Below, one piece after another: positions 17,910 through 28,457 of a DNA stretch of 62,606 nt. A model generated the notes under the pieces. That model was not told the DNA's origin. It saw only the letters and a list, made by a program, of their open reading frames with translations, and ran no database searches. How positions within the stretch are numbered: position 1 is the stretch's first letter; each line of letters starts with the position of its first letter. The stretch is from a virus. Taxonomy: Duplodnaviria; Caudoviricetes. A program made the translations under genes and the position numbers. The DNA lies in IMG/VR virus record IMGVR_UViG_3300035703_000095, positions 1 through 62,606 of that record. One strand, written 5' to 3'.

Positions 17910-19286
17910 ATGTCACAAAAATCTACAGATAAAAGGCTTACATCTATAGAAGAGTGCTTAATTGTATCCAATGACTTAAGCACGAAAAAAGACATTCCGG
18001 ATATAATCACTGACTTATATTATTATGAAAGCATATTGAATGAGACAGTAAGAGTTCAGTTAATGTATACTGACACTGGAAATACTGTGAAAAAGGGAGA
18101 TTCTTACAAGACTCTTCTGGAAGGTATGCCTCTAGAAAGAGAAGAGCAAACAACTCTTAGAATCAAAGATTCTTTGGGGACAGAACTGAAATTAGACCTA
18201 TACATTAATAAGATTACCCCAATGTCAAAAGACACAACAAAATCTTTAGTTGGTCTTGAACTTGTTTCTGAAGAGGGTATTACTAATTTTAAATCTGTGC
18301 TGACCAAAAGATATGATGGAAAAATATCTGAGAATGTAAGAAAAATATTAACCGATTCTGGACTTCTTAACACAAAAAAGAAGTTAGACATTGAAGAAAC
18401 TACAAATAATCATAACTTCATTGGTAATCAATATAGACCATTCTATGCATTAACTTGGTTAGCAAAAAAATCTATTCCAAAAACTCCAAGTGCAGAAGGA
18501 AACACTGCAGGATTCTTTTTCTTTGAAACATCAGATGGATTTAAATTCAAGTCCATTGATGGACTATTATCAACAACTGAGCCAAGTGGAGGTAAAAAAG
18601 TAATTAAAAGTTATGCATATAATCAAACATATGATCTTCCAAAGGGATATTCTGGAAAAATTCTAGATTTAGTTCCACCAACTCCAAGCGGAGATATTCA
18701 AACAAAGCTAGAGGCAGGAACCTATTCAACAAGAACTATTCTTTTTAATCCATTTAATTGTTATTATGAAGTAATTAATCCAAATTCTCAAGGAAGTGGT
18801 AAAGGATCTGAGAGTAAGTTACAAAAGGCTGGAAAGAATTTACCAAAAGGAAATCCAAAGTTTACTAAAACAGGAAACAATAAAGATTTTTCAAGAACAC
18901 AATATATTCTTCTTGATACAGGAACTCTTCCAACTGGAAAAGGAATTGGTAAAGGGCAAGAACAAGTTCAAAAATCTAAAGATCAAAACTTTGACCCAAG
19001 AAACATTTTAAATCAGTCTTCGATGAGATACAATCAGTTATTCTCATCACAAACAACAATAACAATAGATGCTGATTTTAGTCTTCATGCTGGAGATTTA
19101 ATTTTTATTGATACTCCAGAATTATCAAATAAAGAATCGAAGCAAATGGATGATCAACTTGGTGGTTATTATTTAATAGCGGATCTGTGTCATTATATTA
19201 ATATTGCTGAAGGTGGATACACAAAAATTATTGCAGTTAGAGATTCTACGGGAAGAAAGGGTAATCCAACTTATAATGCAATATAA
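17910..19286 (+). CDS. baseplate hub protein (gp27-like)
   Basis: YYESI, FFFETSDGFKFKSID, LHAGD, GYYLIADLCH; precedes gp5. Confidence 0.55.
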   Translation: MSQKSTDKRLTSIEECLIVSNDLSTKKDIPDIITDLYYYESILNETVRVQLMYTDTGNTVKKGDSYKTLLEGMPLEREEQTTLRIKDSLGTELKLDLYINKITPMSKDTTKSLVGLELVSEEGITNFKSVLTKRYDGKISENVRKILTDSGLLNTKKKLDIEETTNNHNFIGNQYRPFYALTWLAKKSIPKTPSAEGNTAGFFFFETSDGFKFKSIDGLLSTTEPSGGKKVIKSYAYNQTYDLPKGYSGKILDLVPPTPSGDIQTKLEAGTYSTRTILFNPFNCYYEVINPNSQGSGKGSESKLQKAGKNLPKGNPKFTKTGNNKDFSRTQYILLDTGTLPTGKGIGKGQEQVQKSKDQNFDPRNILNQSSMRYNQLFSSQTTITIDADFSLHAGDLIFIDTPELSNKESKQMDDQLGGYYLIADLCHYINIAEGGYTKIIAVRDSTGRKGNPTYNAI

Positions 19287-19321
19287 ATGTGTTAAATAGT
19301 AATACCATTGTAATCACTATT

Positions 19322-19534
19322 ATGGATAGTGTAGAACAGCATATTGAGCATGATAAAAAGATTTTGGATGATCCTTTAGTTTCTTCTCAGGCAAGAAGAC
19401 ATACTGAAGAAGAACTTGAAGCACTTGAAAAATGGGTACAAAATCATCCCAATGATCATCATGATCCATCTCCTCTTGAGTTGTATTGTGATGAAAATCC
19501 AGATGCTTTAGAGTGTAGAATTTATGATGACTGA
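19322..19534 (+). CDS. cp12: CP12 Calvin cycle inhibitor
   Basis: C-terminal LELYCDENPDALECRIYDD; phage type lacking the N-terminal Cys pair. Confidence 0.92.
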   Translation: MDSVEQHIEHDKKILDDPLVSSQARRHTEEELEALEKWVQNHPNDHHDPSPLELYCDENPDALECRIYDD

Positions 19535-19540
19535 TAACTA

Positions 19541-21289
19541 ATGGAAGGCGGATCATTATTCAACCCTGGATTTTTGGGTGCTAATTTTCTCTGGTGGGTA
19601 GGTCAGATAGCTGATGACTCTACCTGGCGAGATAACATGCTGCCAGGAAAATTTGAAAGCAAAGATAGTATTCCAGGATGGGGGCGTAGGTATAAAGTTA
19701 GAATTATAGGTCTTCATGATCAAGAAGAAGCAGTTCTAACATCTGAAGAACTTCCTTGGGCTCAGGTAATGTATCCCGTCACAGGTGGCGGCGGACAAAC
19801 AAACGCTGGTCAGACAGCAAACCTTCGTCAAGGAATGTTTGTATTTGGATTTTTCCTTGACGGGCAAGATCAGCAAGTACCTGTCATTATGGGAGTTTTG
19901 GGTAATAATGCCCAAACACAACTTGCAACTAGTACATCCCTTACTGGTGGAAAAAACTATACAGCACAAAGTGGATATGCCACTAATAAAGATCCGAAAG
20001 AAGGATCTTCTCAAGAGAAAGTTCCAGATGAAGGCCTTGTAACTGTAAAACCAAAAGATCAGCAACAGTCTCAAGAATGTTCTTCTCCTCCTCCAGGTGT
20101 AAATTTAAATCAATTTGGACTTAGACCAGATTTACCACTTTCAAAAGAACAATTTGCAGATCAGCAAAGTGCGATTGCTGAGGCTGAACAAAAAGGATTA
20201 ACAGGTGTAGAAAGAACAAATTTCATACAAAGAAAAGTCTCTGAAGGTATTAGAAATAGATGCAATAGAGCAAACTCTCCAAACTCACCTTCAAAACCTG
20301 GAGCAACAAAAGAGAACGTTGATGCTGTTCATGAATTAAGCGCAGCAGATGTAAAGAGAGAAGATAAGTACCAAGAATGCATTGTATTATTAAAACCCGA
20401 TAATTTTGTCGAATCTGCAATCAAAGCAATTCAAACAGTTTTAGATGATCTGATTCAAAAAATTAACAAATATTTAAATGCTATTCAAAGTTATATTGAT
20501 GCGGTATCAAATACAATCAGAGATATACAGCGAATCATAGCAAATGCTGCTTGTGAAATTGCAAAATATATGAAGATTTTATTTGATAAAATCATGGAGT
20601 ATGTTTTAAAGTTACTCAATAAAGCATTGACTAAAGTTGTTGCTGCAATACCTTCAAGCATGAGACACATGTTTGGGGACATTAAAGAGATTATAACGGA
20701 ACTAATATTATGTTTATATAATAAAATTACAAACAATCTTTGTGGAATAATCCAAGGAATTCTTGATAAAGTTCTTGATGTTGATGGGGCTGAGAGGAGA
20801 ATAAGAGACAATTTAAATGATCCATCAAGAGGATCAAGAAAAATAACACCTGATGTTCCCACATGTTATGCTGAAGATATTATAGGTCAGGCAATTTCAA
20901 TAAACAAGACAGAAATTGATGAGGCAAATAATACAATCTTGACAAATATTAATGCATTTTTAGATGATATTCAAAACCAACTTGCTGGAGTAAGTGGAGC
21001 AATTGCAAATATAAATGCTACGATTAATTCTATTAGTGGTAGTTTATCTGCTGCCCTTTCGTTTGAGAATATCAAACTCAACATCTTTGGATGCGAACTA
21101 AAACCAAATGTTGCAGTTTCCGATTGTTATACATTTGCAAGAGGAGGAACTGCTAAACCAGACTCACAATTACCAAGTACTAAGTCTATTAGTGATTTTG
21201 CTGCAAAACCATCTTCATCAACACCACCTCAAGAGATACCTTTTGCAGAACCACGTAAGGGACAACCATCTGTAAATTTAAAGAAGTAG
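19541..21289 (+). CDS. gp5: baseplate hub gp5 N-terminal (OB-fold) protein
   Basis: WWVGQI, RYKVRIIGLH, LPWA, VFGFFLDG..Q.PVIMG. Confidence 0.8.
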   Translation: MEGGSLFNPGFLGANFLWWVGQIADDSTWRDNMLPGKFESKDSIPGWGRRYKVRIIGLHDQEEAVLTSEELPWAQVMYPVTGGGGQTNAGQTANLRQGMFVFGFFLDGQDQQVPVIMGVLGNNAQTQLATSTSLTGGKNYTAQSGYATNKDPKEGSSQEKVPDEGLVTVKPKDQQQSQECSSPPPGVNLNQFGLRPDLPLSKEQFADQQSAIAEAEQKGLTGVERTNFIQRKVSEGIRNRCNRANSPNSPSKPGATKENVDAVHELSAADVKREDKYQECIVLLKPDNFVESAIKAIQTVLDDLIQKINKYLNAIQSYIDAVSNTIRDIQRIIANAACEIAKYMKILFDKIMEYVLKLLNKALTKVVAAIPSSMRHMFGDIKEIITELILCLYNKITNNLCGIIQGILDKVLDVDGAERRIRDNLNDPSRGSRKITPDVPTCYAEDIIGQAISINKTEIDEANNTILTNINAFLDDIQNQLAGVSGAIANINATINSISGSLSAALSFENIKLNIFGCELKPNVAVSDCYTFARGGTAKPDSQLPSTKSISDFAAKPSSSTPPQEIPFAEPRKGQPSVNLKK

Positions 21290-21347
21290 TCAATACTGCT
21301 AATAAATATTAGTATTAATTGCCAGAATTGTTAATATATCGGGAAGT

Positions 21348-24300
21348 ATGTCATTCAACCTTTTTGGACCAACAACTAAAAATGATATTAGGGTTGGATA
21401 CATTTCAACTGAAAGAGGTTATGTTGATAGTGTTTCCATATGTGAGGCTAATGATTATGCCAAAAAGAACCCAGGAACGGTCTTTATTCTAAGAAATAGA
21501 AATATTATTAGATATTTAAATATCAATGAGGTTAATGACTTAACAGAAGAAGATCTATTATCCGATGCAGATAGTTGCACCGGTATACAATTTGAATCTG
21601 AATGTGGCCCACCAAAAGTATTTTTTTATGGTGGGGGTGGTGTAGGAGTACAGGCAAATCCAATCATAGGTTTAGATGGTGCTGTTCTTGCAATAGATCT
21701 AGTTCATGGTGGTCATGGTTATCAATATGCTCCGATTGTAGATGTAAAAGATAAATGTGGTATTGGTGCTGGAGCAGTTACCAGAGCTATTTTGGGCGAA
21801 ATTGTAGAGACATATGAAGTTTATGATCAAGAAGGTGATTTTGAAGATTATGAACTGTGCTTGCCTGAAGATGTTGGATTTGGTAGGAGATATGATCCTG
21901 ATGGTAAGGACATTGGATCTTGGGATCCAACTTTATATGCGAATTTGAATAAAGATCCCATCAACAGAGAAATACAAAAGTATCAAGACTTCTTACAGAA
22001 ACTATCAAAACCTTGGTGGACTACTAGAAAGAAAACTCCACTTTCTGTAACATCAGGTTCTAAAGTAACAAGAACAAAATTTAATGTTACCGATAAAACC
22101 TATCGTGAAACTCAAGATGCTAAGGGAAATACTGGATATGTAGGTCTTGGGCAAATTTGGAATGACTTTATGAATAGTCATGCAATATCTCCAGTACCAC
22201 CGTCAAATGTACCTGGAAGTGATTTCGCTGCAGACTTATTTACTTTTGAATGGGAGGAAGATTTCCCTTATGATGGGGAGTATATCTTTAGAGGATGTGG
22301 CGATGGTGCTATTCGAGATCTTTACATAGATAATGATAAAGTTACAACTCTTACATCATACAATGAGGCTCCAGCAGTTGCTAAAAAGGAAATTTCTGCG
22401 GGTGTTCATAGAATCAGATTAGATTTAAAAAATGGTGGCATAACGGATAAGGTATCAGCAGAACCAGCATCTCCCCAGATTACTGTTAAGGAAAAAACAC
22501 CACAACGAATTGATGTAGACTTTAATGTTTATGGTCAGGGTAAGGCTACAGAACAAATGTCATTTTCTTTTGTGTCAGAAGATGGATCTCATTCTTTTGT
22601 AATTAAAGGTGTTAATAAAAACAAACAAAATAGAAAAGATACTATTAGAGTAAAACCAAATGTAAAGTATAAAGTCACAGCAAGTTCAAGTAAAGGAAAA
22701 GTTGAGCAAGGTATAATTAAAAATGGAAAGAAAGATAAGGAAGGTGGAATAGGCGAGTCAAATAAAATTTTTGCAGATCATATTGCATCAGCAAATGATA
22801 ATGATGATATTCAAATTACAACTTCTTCTGGAATCTTTAAGAGTTCAAATAAAAGAAAAGTAGGTGGTAGAAGCACGTTTGACTTGTCTTTTAAAGTTGA
22901 TTACCAACCAAAAACAATAACATACACACCAAGTTTTGGAAAAAGTATTTTCAACACCTCCGATTATATCAATAAAGCAGATAGGAAACTGTGGAAGACA
23001 GATCCAATCCCTTCGGGTGCAAAGGATAATGATTTTGCTACGACCTATGGAGTTATTCCATTTGATAGAAATACTCAGAAAGCAAAGAAAGAAAGTTTCG
23101 CAGGTACTCACGTCATTCGTTGGGCTTTCGTTGAGTTTCCTGTAGATGGAAATTATGTTATTGAAACATGGGTTGATGATAATTTAACTCTTTATATTGG
23201 CAACAGAAATGCAGGAGGTCGCACAGGTGCTGGTAATGGTTTAATCGATGTAGAAAAGGGTGGAGATGAAGTCATTATTACAAAAAGAGGATTTACTGCA
23301 AACGGAGTCAGTACAGGAAAATCTTCTGATACTCGTTATTTTAAAGCAGGAAAATACAGAATTAGAGCAGAATTAGAACAAGGCGATTTTGGTCCACTAT
23401 CGCCATCAAATCCAATGACTCTTGCGATAAACATTACACTTGCAGGAAGTTCTACACCATTAGCATCTGCAAAATCTTGGAATGATAATCCAATGGGAGT
23501 TGCATTAACTATCGATGCTCCTTTACCACCCATTCCCCAAGAACCTATTCCTCAGCAAGAAGGAAGATGTCCGAATAATCCAATTTGGTCAACAAGATTT
23601 CCGGGTTCAGCACAAAAATGGTGGCCAGTTCAATATTCTGAAGTTCTTAGAGCAAATGGTATAATTCCTTGGTCCAATTTCTTAAACAGGTATGCAGTTT
23701 CTCCTATTCCTCCATTAAGTATTGCAGGTAGTGATGGTGGTGGAATTGTATATAAAAATTCTTGGCAGGTAGACATTCCATATGATGGATTTTATCAATT
23801 CGCAGTTCAAAGAGATGAAACTGCCAGAATATATTTGGATGGAACTTTAGCATTTGATATTAAGACTGCGGGTGATATGATCTGGAAAGATTTTAGAAAT
23901 AAACCAAAATTCCAGAAACTATTCATTACTAAAGGAAGACATACTATATCTGTAGAACTTGAAAATAGTACGACAGAAGTATTTGAAAATATTGATAAAA
24001 AAATATTCAGCACACTAGATTGGGCAGTTTCTCCAACCCCTCCACCTCAACCACAACAGTCTTCGACAACAGAAGAGCAGAAGGCAGGAAGTTTATTTGT
24101 AAAAGAGGGAAGTTCATATTATTTGCTTGCAGGTGGTAATGATTTAGTTGAGATTGATTTTGTTTTTGATTGGGATGATAACCCATATATCGCAGGAACT
24201 GCGGTAACGAAGATTACGATACCATCTGAAAAAGGAGGACCAGTAGTTTTTTCTAGACCACAATTTGGTGCATCTGGATCTATTCGTAAAACAGGAACAT

Positions 24301-25691
24301 TCAGAACAAACAAAAAGTATGGTCCAATTATTTTTGAGGGAAGAGCACCAGGATCTCCAGATCCTAAAATTGTTAATACTGGTTCCAAAGAAGATCAGAG
24401 ACAACAAAGAATTAATTTTTATGATGCAGATGGTAATGATGTTAACGCTAAATTAAGTGCAGTAAATGCTAAACAACTATCTCCACCAAGAGTCATTCAG
24501 ACGGCTCCTGCGCCTGCCGAAATTCCAACATCACAAAATTTAACAAAAAGTGGAATTACTTATAGCGGTCCTCCACTTGCGACTTACTTCACTGGTTTTA
24601 TATCTCCTCAATTCAAAAATCCATTCAAAGTTCCAGCAGAAGAAATTCAAGGAAAAACTTGGACTATGACATGGAGTAATGTTGACTTTTTTGAAGATGG
24701 TCAATATGAAATAAAAGCAAAGGTTGACGATGTTCTTGTTATAAAAATTGATGGTGTTGTTTTAAATACTGTAAAAATTGCAGAGGGACTTAAATCATTT
24801 TATTATAATACAACAAAGGGAAAGAAAACACTTCAAGTTGAGTTATCAAACATTAGGGTTGCTTCTACTAGTTTCGCTCAAAATCCTGTTTACTTTTCTT
24901 TAGAAATTACAAAAAAAGTTTCTGTGGGAACTGGAGTAAGTAAATCTTGGACTCAAAACCCTGTAGCAATTTCAGCCATCTTAATTCCTCCACCATGTCC
25001 TAAGAGAATTAGAGGTAAGGGTGTTGTAACTGAAGTTATTGTCGATGATCCAGGAAATGGATATCTAGTTCCACAAAATGATCTTCCTCCAGAAGTAATA
25101 CCAACGTATCCAGTTTCATTACGTCTCAAAAATGTAATTGTAACAAATCCAGGTATTAACTATAACTGCGGAGTAGATAGAATTGAAATAACACCAAATA
25201 ACGGTGCAATACTTGATTATGAATGCGATACTTTTGGAAGAATTGTAAATGTAAAAGTATTGAACCCAGGTCTTGGATTTACTGAATATCCAACAATTAG
25301 AATGGTAACTCCTCCAGCAGATCCAAATGATCCTGTTCCCGTTGTACCAACAGGAGTCAATGCTGCATTTATACCCCAATTTGAAGTTGTACGCGATCCA
25401 ATAGTTGCTGATCTTACAAAATTAATTCAAGTTACTGATCTAGCTGGTCTTGAAAAAACTGGATATGTTGATGGTCGTGCATATTATGGTGCAGTATTTT
25501 ATAAGGAAGGAGTTCGTTATGCTGGATTCTATGAAACACCAGGTGATCTTGTACAAGTTTACACTACTCTTCAAGAGAGCATCGATGCTCAAGTCACTAC
25601 CCCACCATCTGCAATTCAGAGACAGGGTACAAGTGTTAATAGCAACAATCCAAGACTCAATCTTCCAAATACTCCAGATAATCTTATCTAG
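21348..25691 (+). CDS. large virion structural protein with repeated PA14-like modules
   Basis: 1447 aa; four W..(D/E)(F/I)P.DG.Y-type modules; AATAAATA at 21301. Confidence 0.6.
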   Translation: MSFNLFGPTTKNDIRVGYISTERGYVDSVSICEANDYAKKNPGTVFILRNRNIIRYLNINEVNDLTEEDLLSDADSCTGIQFESECGPPKVFFYGGGGVGVQANPIIGLDGAVLAIDLVHGGHGYQYAPIVDVKDKCGIGAGAVTRAILGEIVETYEVYDQEGDFEDYELCLPEDVGFGRRYDPDGKDIGSWDPTLYANLNKDPINREIQKYQDFLQKLSKPWWTTRKKTPLSVTSGSKVTRTKFNVTDKTYRETQDAKGNTGYVGLGQIWNDFMNSHAISPVPPSNVPGSDFAADLFTFEWEEDFPYDGEYIFRGCGDGAIRDLYIDNDKVTTLTSYNEAPAVAKKEISAGVHRIRLDLKNGGITDKVSAEPASPQITVKEKTPQRIDVDFNVYGQGKATEQMSFSFVSEDGSHSFVIKGVNKNKQNRKDTIRVKPNVKYKVTASSSKGKVEQGIIKNGKKDKEGGIGESNKIFADHIASANDNDDIQITTSSGIFKSSNKRKVGGRSTFDLSFKVDYQPKTITYTPSFGKSIFNTSDYINKADRKLWKTDPIPSGAKDNDFATTYGVIPFDRNTQKAKKESFAGTHVIRWAFVEFPVDGNYVIETWVDDNLTLYIGNRNAGGRTGAGNGLIDVEKGGDEVIITKRGFTANGVSTGKSSDTRYFKAGKYRIRAELEQGDFGPLSPSNPMTLAINITLAGSSTPLASAKSWNDNPMGVALTIDAPLPPIPQEPIPQQEGRCPNNPIWSTRFPGSAQKWWPVQYSEVLRANGIIPWSNFLNRYAVSPIPPLSIAGSDGGGIVYKNSWQVDIPYDGFYQFAVQRDETARIYLDGTLAFDIKTAGDMIWKDFRNKPKFQKLFITKGRHTISVELENSTTEVFENIDKKIFSTLDWAVSPTPPPQPQQSSTTEEQKAGSLFVKEGSSYYLLAGGNDLVEIDFVFDWDDNPYIAGTAVTKITIPSEKGGPVVFSRPQFGASGSIRKTGTFRTNKKYGPIIFEGRAPGSPDPKIVNTGSKEDQRQQRINFYDADGNDVNAKLSAVNAKQLSPPRVIQTAPAPAEIPTSQNLTKSGITYSGPPLATYFTGFISPQFKNPFKVPAEEIQGKTWTMTWSNVDFFEDGQYEIKAKVDDVLVIKIDGVVLNTVKIAEGLKSFYYNTTKGKKTLQVELSNIRVASTSFAQNPVYFSLEITKKVSVGTGVSKSWTQNPVAISAILIPPPCPKRIRGKGVVTEVIVDDPGNGYLVPQNDLPPEVIPTYPVSLRLKNVIVTNPGINYNCGVDRIEITPNNGAILDYECDTFGRIVNVKVLNPGLGFTEYPTIRMVTPPADPNDPVPVVPTGVNAAFIPQFEVVRDPIVADLTKLIQVTDLAGLEKTGYVDGRAYYGAVFYKEGVRYAGFYETPGDLVQVYTTLQESIDAQVTTPPSAIQRQGTSVNSNNPRLNLPNTPDNLI

Positions 25692-25729
25692 AGTGGTTAA
25701 ATAGATAATACATCATTAATTTTCCTTTA

Positions 25730-26401
25730 ATGGCAATTGCTAGAAATAGTGCAAACGATAGACTCTCAAGAGATCCTCAAGCAAAAGGTGGATTCGATCC
25801 TCGTTTTGACAATAAAAATCCTACTGATACCGCAAAGCAAAACTATACTGCATTAAGATATGGTAATGATCATGGATCAATATCATTCGGACATATTCAC
25901 AAACAAGCAGACGTAACTGCATCGGTTATTCTTCAAACTCCAGACGGTACTCATCAATTCTCACTTGATGAGGATGGTCCCAGAAAGGGATGGACAACAT
26001 CAACTTCCCCAGGGAACTTCCAGGTAGAATGTGGTAGTGCTAATGAAGAAGCACAAGATAGCTTGATGTTAAATGCAAAGAATGGTAATATTCTTATAGT
26101 TGCAACTAAAGGTAAGATTAGGATGCAAGCAACCGACATCGAGTTAATTGCTGTCGGTGAAGGTGGAAGTAAGGGTAATATTAGACTTGAAGCAACGGAA
26201 AATATTAGTTCTAAATCAAAAAAATTTTTAGTTGATTCTAAAAGTTCTTTTAATATTGTTAGCACTGGAGTTGGAGAAGTTGTAGCACAAAGTAGACTGA
26301 GATTATATGGTTCCGTAATTGGTGGAGTCACTGATGCGGTTGCTAAAAAAGATTCTAAAGTTGGCGGACAAAGTTTCCAAAGAAAGAAAACTCAAACCTA
26401 A
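25730..26401 (+). CDS. gp5 C-terminal/spike-like protein
   Basis: Beta-helix-like repeats (NAKNGNILIVATKGKIRMQATDIEL). Confidence 0.55.
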   Translation: MAIARNSANDRLSRDPQAKGGFDPRFDNKNPTDTAKQNYTALRYGNDHGSISFGHIHKQADVTASVILQTPDGTHQFSLDEDGPRKGWTTSTSPGNFQVECGSANEEAQDSLMLNAKNGNILIVATKGKIRMQATDIELIAVGEGGSKGNIRLEATENISSKSKKFLVDSKSSFNIVSTGVGEVVAQSRLRLYGSVIGGVTDAVAKKDSKVGGQSFQRKKTQT

Positions 26402-26413
26402 GGAGGAAAATTA

Positions 26414-27199
26414 ATGGCATTTACTCAAGACGATGTAGTTGTTGGTGGTCAACTTAAGGTAGGAACAGGTATTGTTCCTGCTATTAAAGAAGGTGATCAG
26501 AAAATTAATGGATCAATGTTTGCAGAAGGCCCTGCAGTTTTTGGAAGTCCTACGGAATTTGCAACTGCATATGCAACTGTGATGATAGGTCCACTTGCAA
26601 ACAGTGATCCAGATTCTGTTCCACCTGTGGTTCCTGGATCATTATGTTCTGGAGTCAGCAATCCATACTCATTATGCGTCTCTGGGAATGCTGCAATCTT
26701 TCAAAATATGGACATTAATGGTAAACTTGGTGTAGGTGGCAATATAATTGCACAAGGTGAAGTTATGTCTCGTTGTGGTGGTCATATTCTATCAGCTAAA
26801 AAGAATTTTGATATTCCACACCCAACCAAAGAAGGATGGAGACTTCGCCACACTTGCCCTGAGGGACCATCTAACGATGTATATTATAGGGGAAGAATAA
26901 CTAGCAAAAAAGAAATAATTCTTCCATCTTACTGGGAAAAATTAGTTGATCCAACTACCATTACGGTTAATTTAACCCCAATCGGAGCGCATCAAAATGT
27001 GATCGTAAAAAGAATTTCGGATAATAAAATTCATTTACAATCGCACGGCAATATGCCAATTGATTGCTATTTTCATATTTTTGCAACAAGAGCTGATGGA
27101 GAAAGACTTATCTCAGAATATGAAGGAGAAAGTCCAGCAGATTATCCAGGAAACAATGACGAATACTCTGTTTCTGGGTATCATTACGATATTAAATAA
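26414..27199 (+). CDS. structural protein with KNFDIPHP...EGP module
   Basis: AGGAGG RBS; paralogous to the next gene. Confidence 0.6.
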   Translation: MAFTQDDVVVGGQLKVGTGIVPAIKEGDQKINGSMFAEGPAVFGSPTEFATAYATVMIGPLANSDPDSVPPVVPGSLCSGVSNPYSLCVSGNAAIFQNMDINGKLGVGGNIIAQGEVMSRCGGHILSAKKNFDIPHPTKEGWRLRHTCPEGPSNDVYYRGRITSKKEIILPSYWEKLVDPTTITVNLTPIGAHQNVIVKRISDNKIHLQSHGNMPIDCYFHIFATRADGERLISEYEGESPADYPGNNDEYSVSGYHYDIK

Positions 27200-27210
27200 G
27201 GAGAATTAAA

Positions 27211-27930
27211 ATGGCTGCAGGAGAATTTGAACCAAGAGATACTAGAAAGAATAATTGTGATGATGGATTTTCTGGTGTAAGAAAGTCCACACGTTATGAT
27301 TATATTATGAAAAGTCTTACTGGAGATGATGATTATCCAGAGGAAGCTTGCCCTCCATGGTATCATGGCAACGCACAGATTGATAATCTTCAAGTAAATA
27401 CTTTACTCAGTGGTGATGGGAGTGTAAATGTTCAAGGAAGTGTTTCATCTAATGGTGGAGCACATGTTCTTTCTAATAAGAAAAATCTTCCATTTGATAT
27501 GCCCCACCCAAATAAAAAGGGGTGGAGACTTCGCCACGTTTGTATTGAAGGGCCGGAGATTGCTGTTTATTGTAGAGGAAAAGTACCTTCTGATGGTGCT
27601 ATTAATCTTCCTTCTTTTTGGGAAGGACTTGTAAATCCTGAAGACATGACAATTAATTTGACTCCAATTGGGGCTTGGCAAGAGTTATTTGTAAAAGAAA
27701 TTATCTGGGGAAAGCAAGTTATTGTAAGAAATAATGCGGGAGGCCCAATCAATGCCGACTATCATATTATTGCAAGAAGAATTGATGATGATTTGGTCGT
27801 GGAATATGAAGGCAATTCTCATGAAGATTATCCTGGAGGTAATGAAGGTTACTCATTTAATTTTGAGCATAATTACGTCAAAAATCTAATTCAAGAAACA
27901 ATTCGCCAACACCTTGACAAAGCAAATTGA
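27211..27930 (+). CDS. structural protein, paralog of the previous gene
   Basis: FDMPHPNKKGWRLRHVCIEGPE..VYCRG, LP.FWEGLV, NLTPIG. Confidence 0.6.
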   Translation: MAAGEFEPRDTRKNNCDDGFSGVRKSTRYDYIMKSLTGDDDYPEEACPPWYHGNAQIDNLQVNTLLSGDGSVNVQGSVSSNGGAHVLSNKKNLPFDMPHPNKKGWRLRHVCIEGPEIAVYCRGKVPSDGAINLPSFWEGLVNPEDMTINLTPIGAWQELFVKEIIWGKQVIVRNNAGGPINADYHIIARRIDDDLVVEYEGNSHEDYPGGNEGYSFNFEHNYVKNLIQETIRQHLDKAN

Positions 27931-27942
27931 TCGTGCTATGAT
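27914..27942 (+). promoter_or_regulatory. sigma70 promoter
   Basis: TTGACA-17-TATGAT with extended TG. Confidence 0.8.
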
Positions 27943-27968
27943 ACCTAGGTAATCAACGGACGAACCAA

Positions 27969-28151
27969 ATGCAAGATGAGTACCTGACACGATGCGTCGT
28001 TGATCCTCTGAAGCGTACAGTGTATTTGTATTCCAGTGAGGGGTCAGAAAAGCAAGTGTCATGTGATACGGTAGAAGAGTTCATGAATGTGCTAGACTTT
28101 GTTCGTGCAACAGTTGACGAAGACACTCTCTCTTACGCAAATCCTCTATGA
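27969..28151 (+). CDS. hypothetical protein
   Basis: 60 aa ORF directly after the promoter. Confidence 0.75.
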   Translation: MQDEYLTRCVVDPLKRTVYLYSSEGSEKQVSCDTVEEFMNVLDFVRATVDEDTLSYANPL

Positions 28152-28327
28152 GACCAGAGACAAGGCAATCAATGGAAATGCTCTTTGCCGCAAAATGGAA
28201 TGTTCCAACTGCGGCTAAAAATTGTAATCTTACTAATAAAGAAATGAAGATTACATTTAATGAATACTGTCGTTTACATCCTGCTACTTACGTAGTAAAA
28301 TCTGACAATCAACTCAGTTTCTTCTGA
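28148..28327 (+). CDS. 59-aa hypothetical protein
   Basis: ATGA overlap; MRPETRQSMEMLFAAKWNVP... Confidence 0.7.
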   Translation: MRPETRQSMEMLFAAKWNVPTAAKNCNLTNKEMKITFNEYCRLHPATYVVKSDNQLSFF

Positions 28328-28335
28328 GTTTTCTT

Positions 28336-28408
28336 GCCCGTGTAGTCCAACGGCAGAGACAGAGGACTTAAAATCCTTCCAGTGTCGGTTCGAATCCGAC
28401 CACGGGTA
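28336..28408 (+). tRNA. tRNA-Leu(UAA), short variable arm
   Basis: Acceptor GCCCGTG/CACGGGT, anticodon arm GAGGA-CT-TAA-AA-TCCTT, T arm GTCGG-TTCGAAT-CCGAC; no encoded CCA. Confidence 0.9.
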
Positions 28409-28457
28409 TTAGAGGAAATAAACGCCCTCTAAATAAGTAAAAGTAGGAATTAATCCT

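Noticed and set aside
28336-28408. Group I intron in tRNA-Leu(UAA), as in some cyanobacteria
   Set aside because: The anticodon loop is contiguous and the cloverleaf is complete
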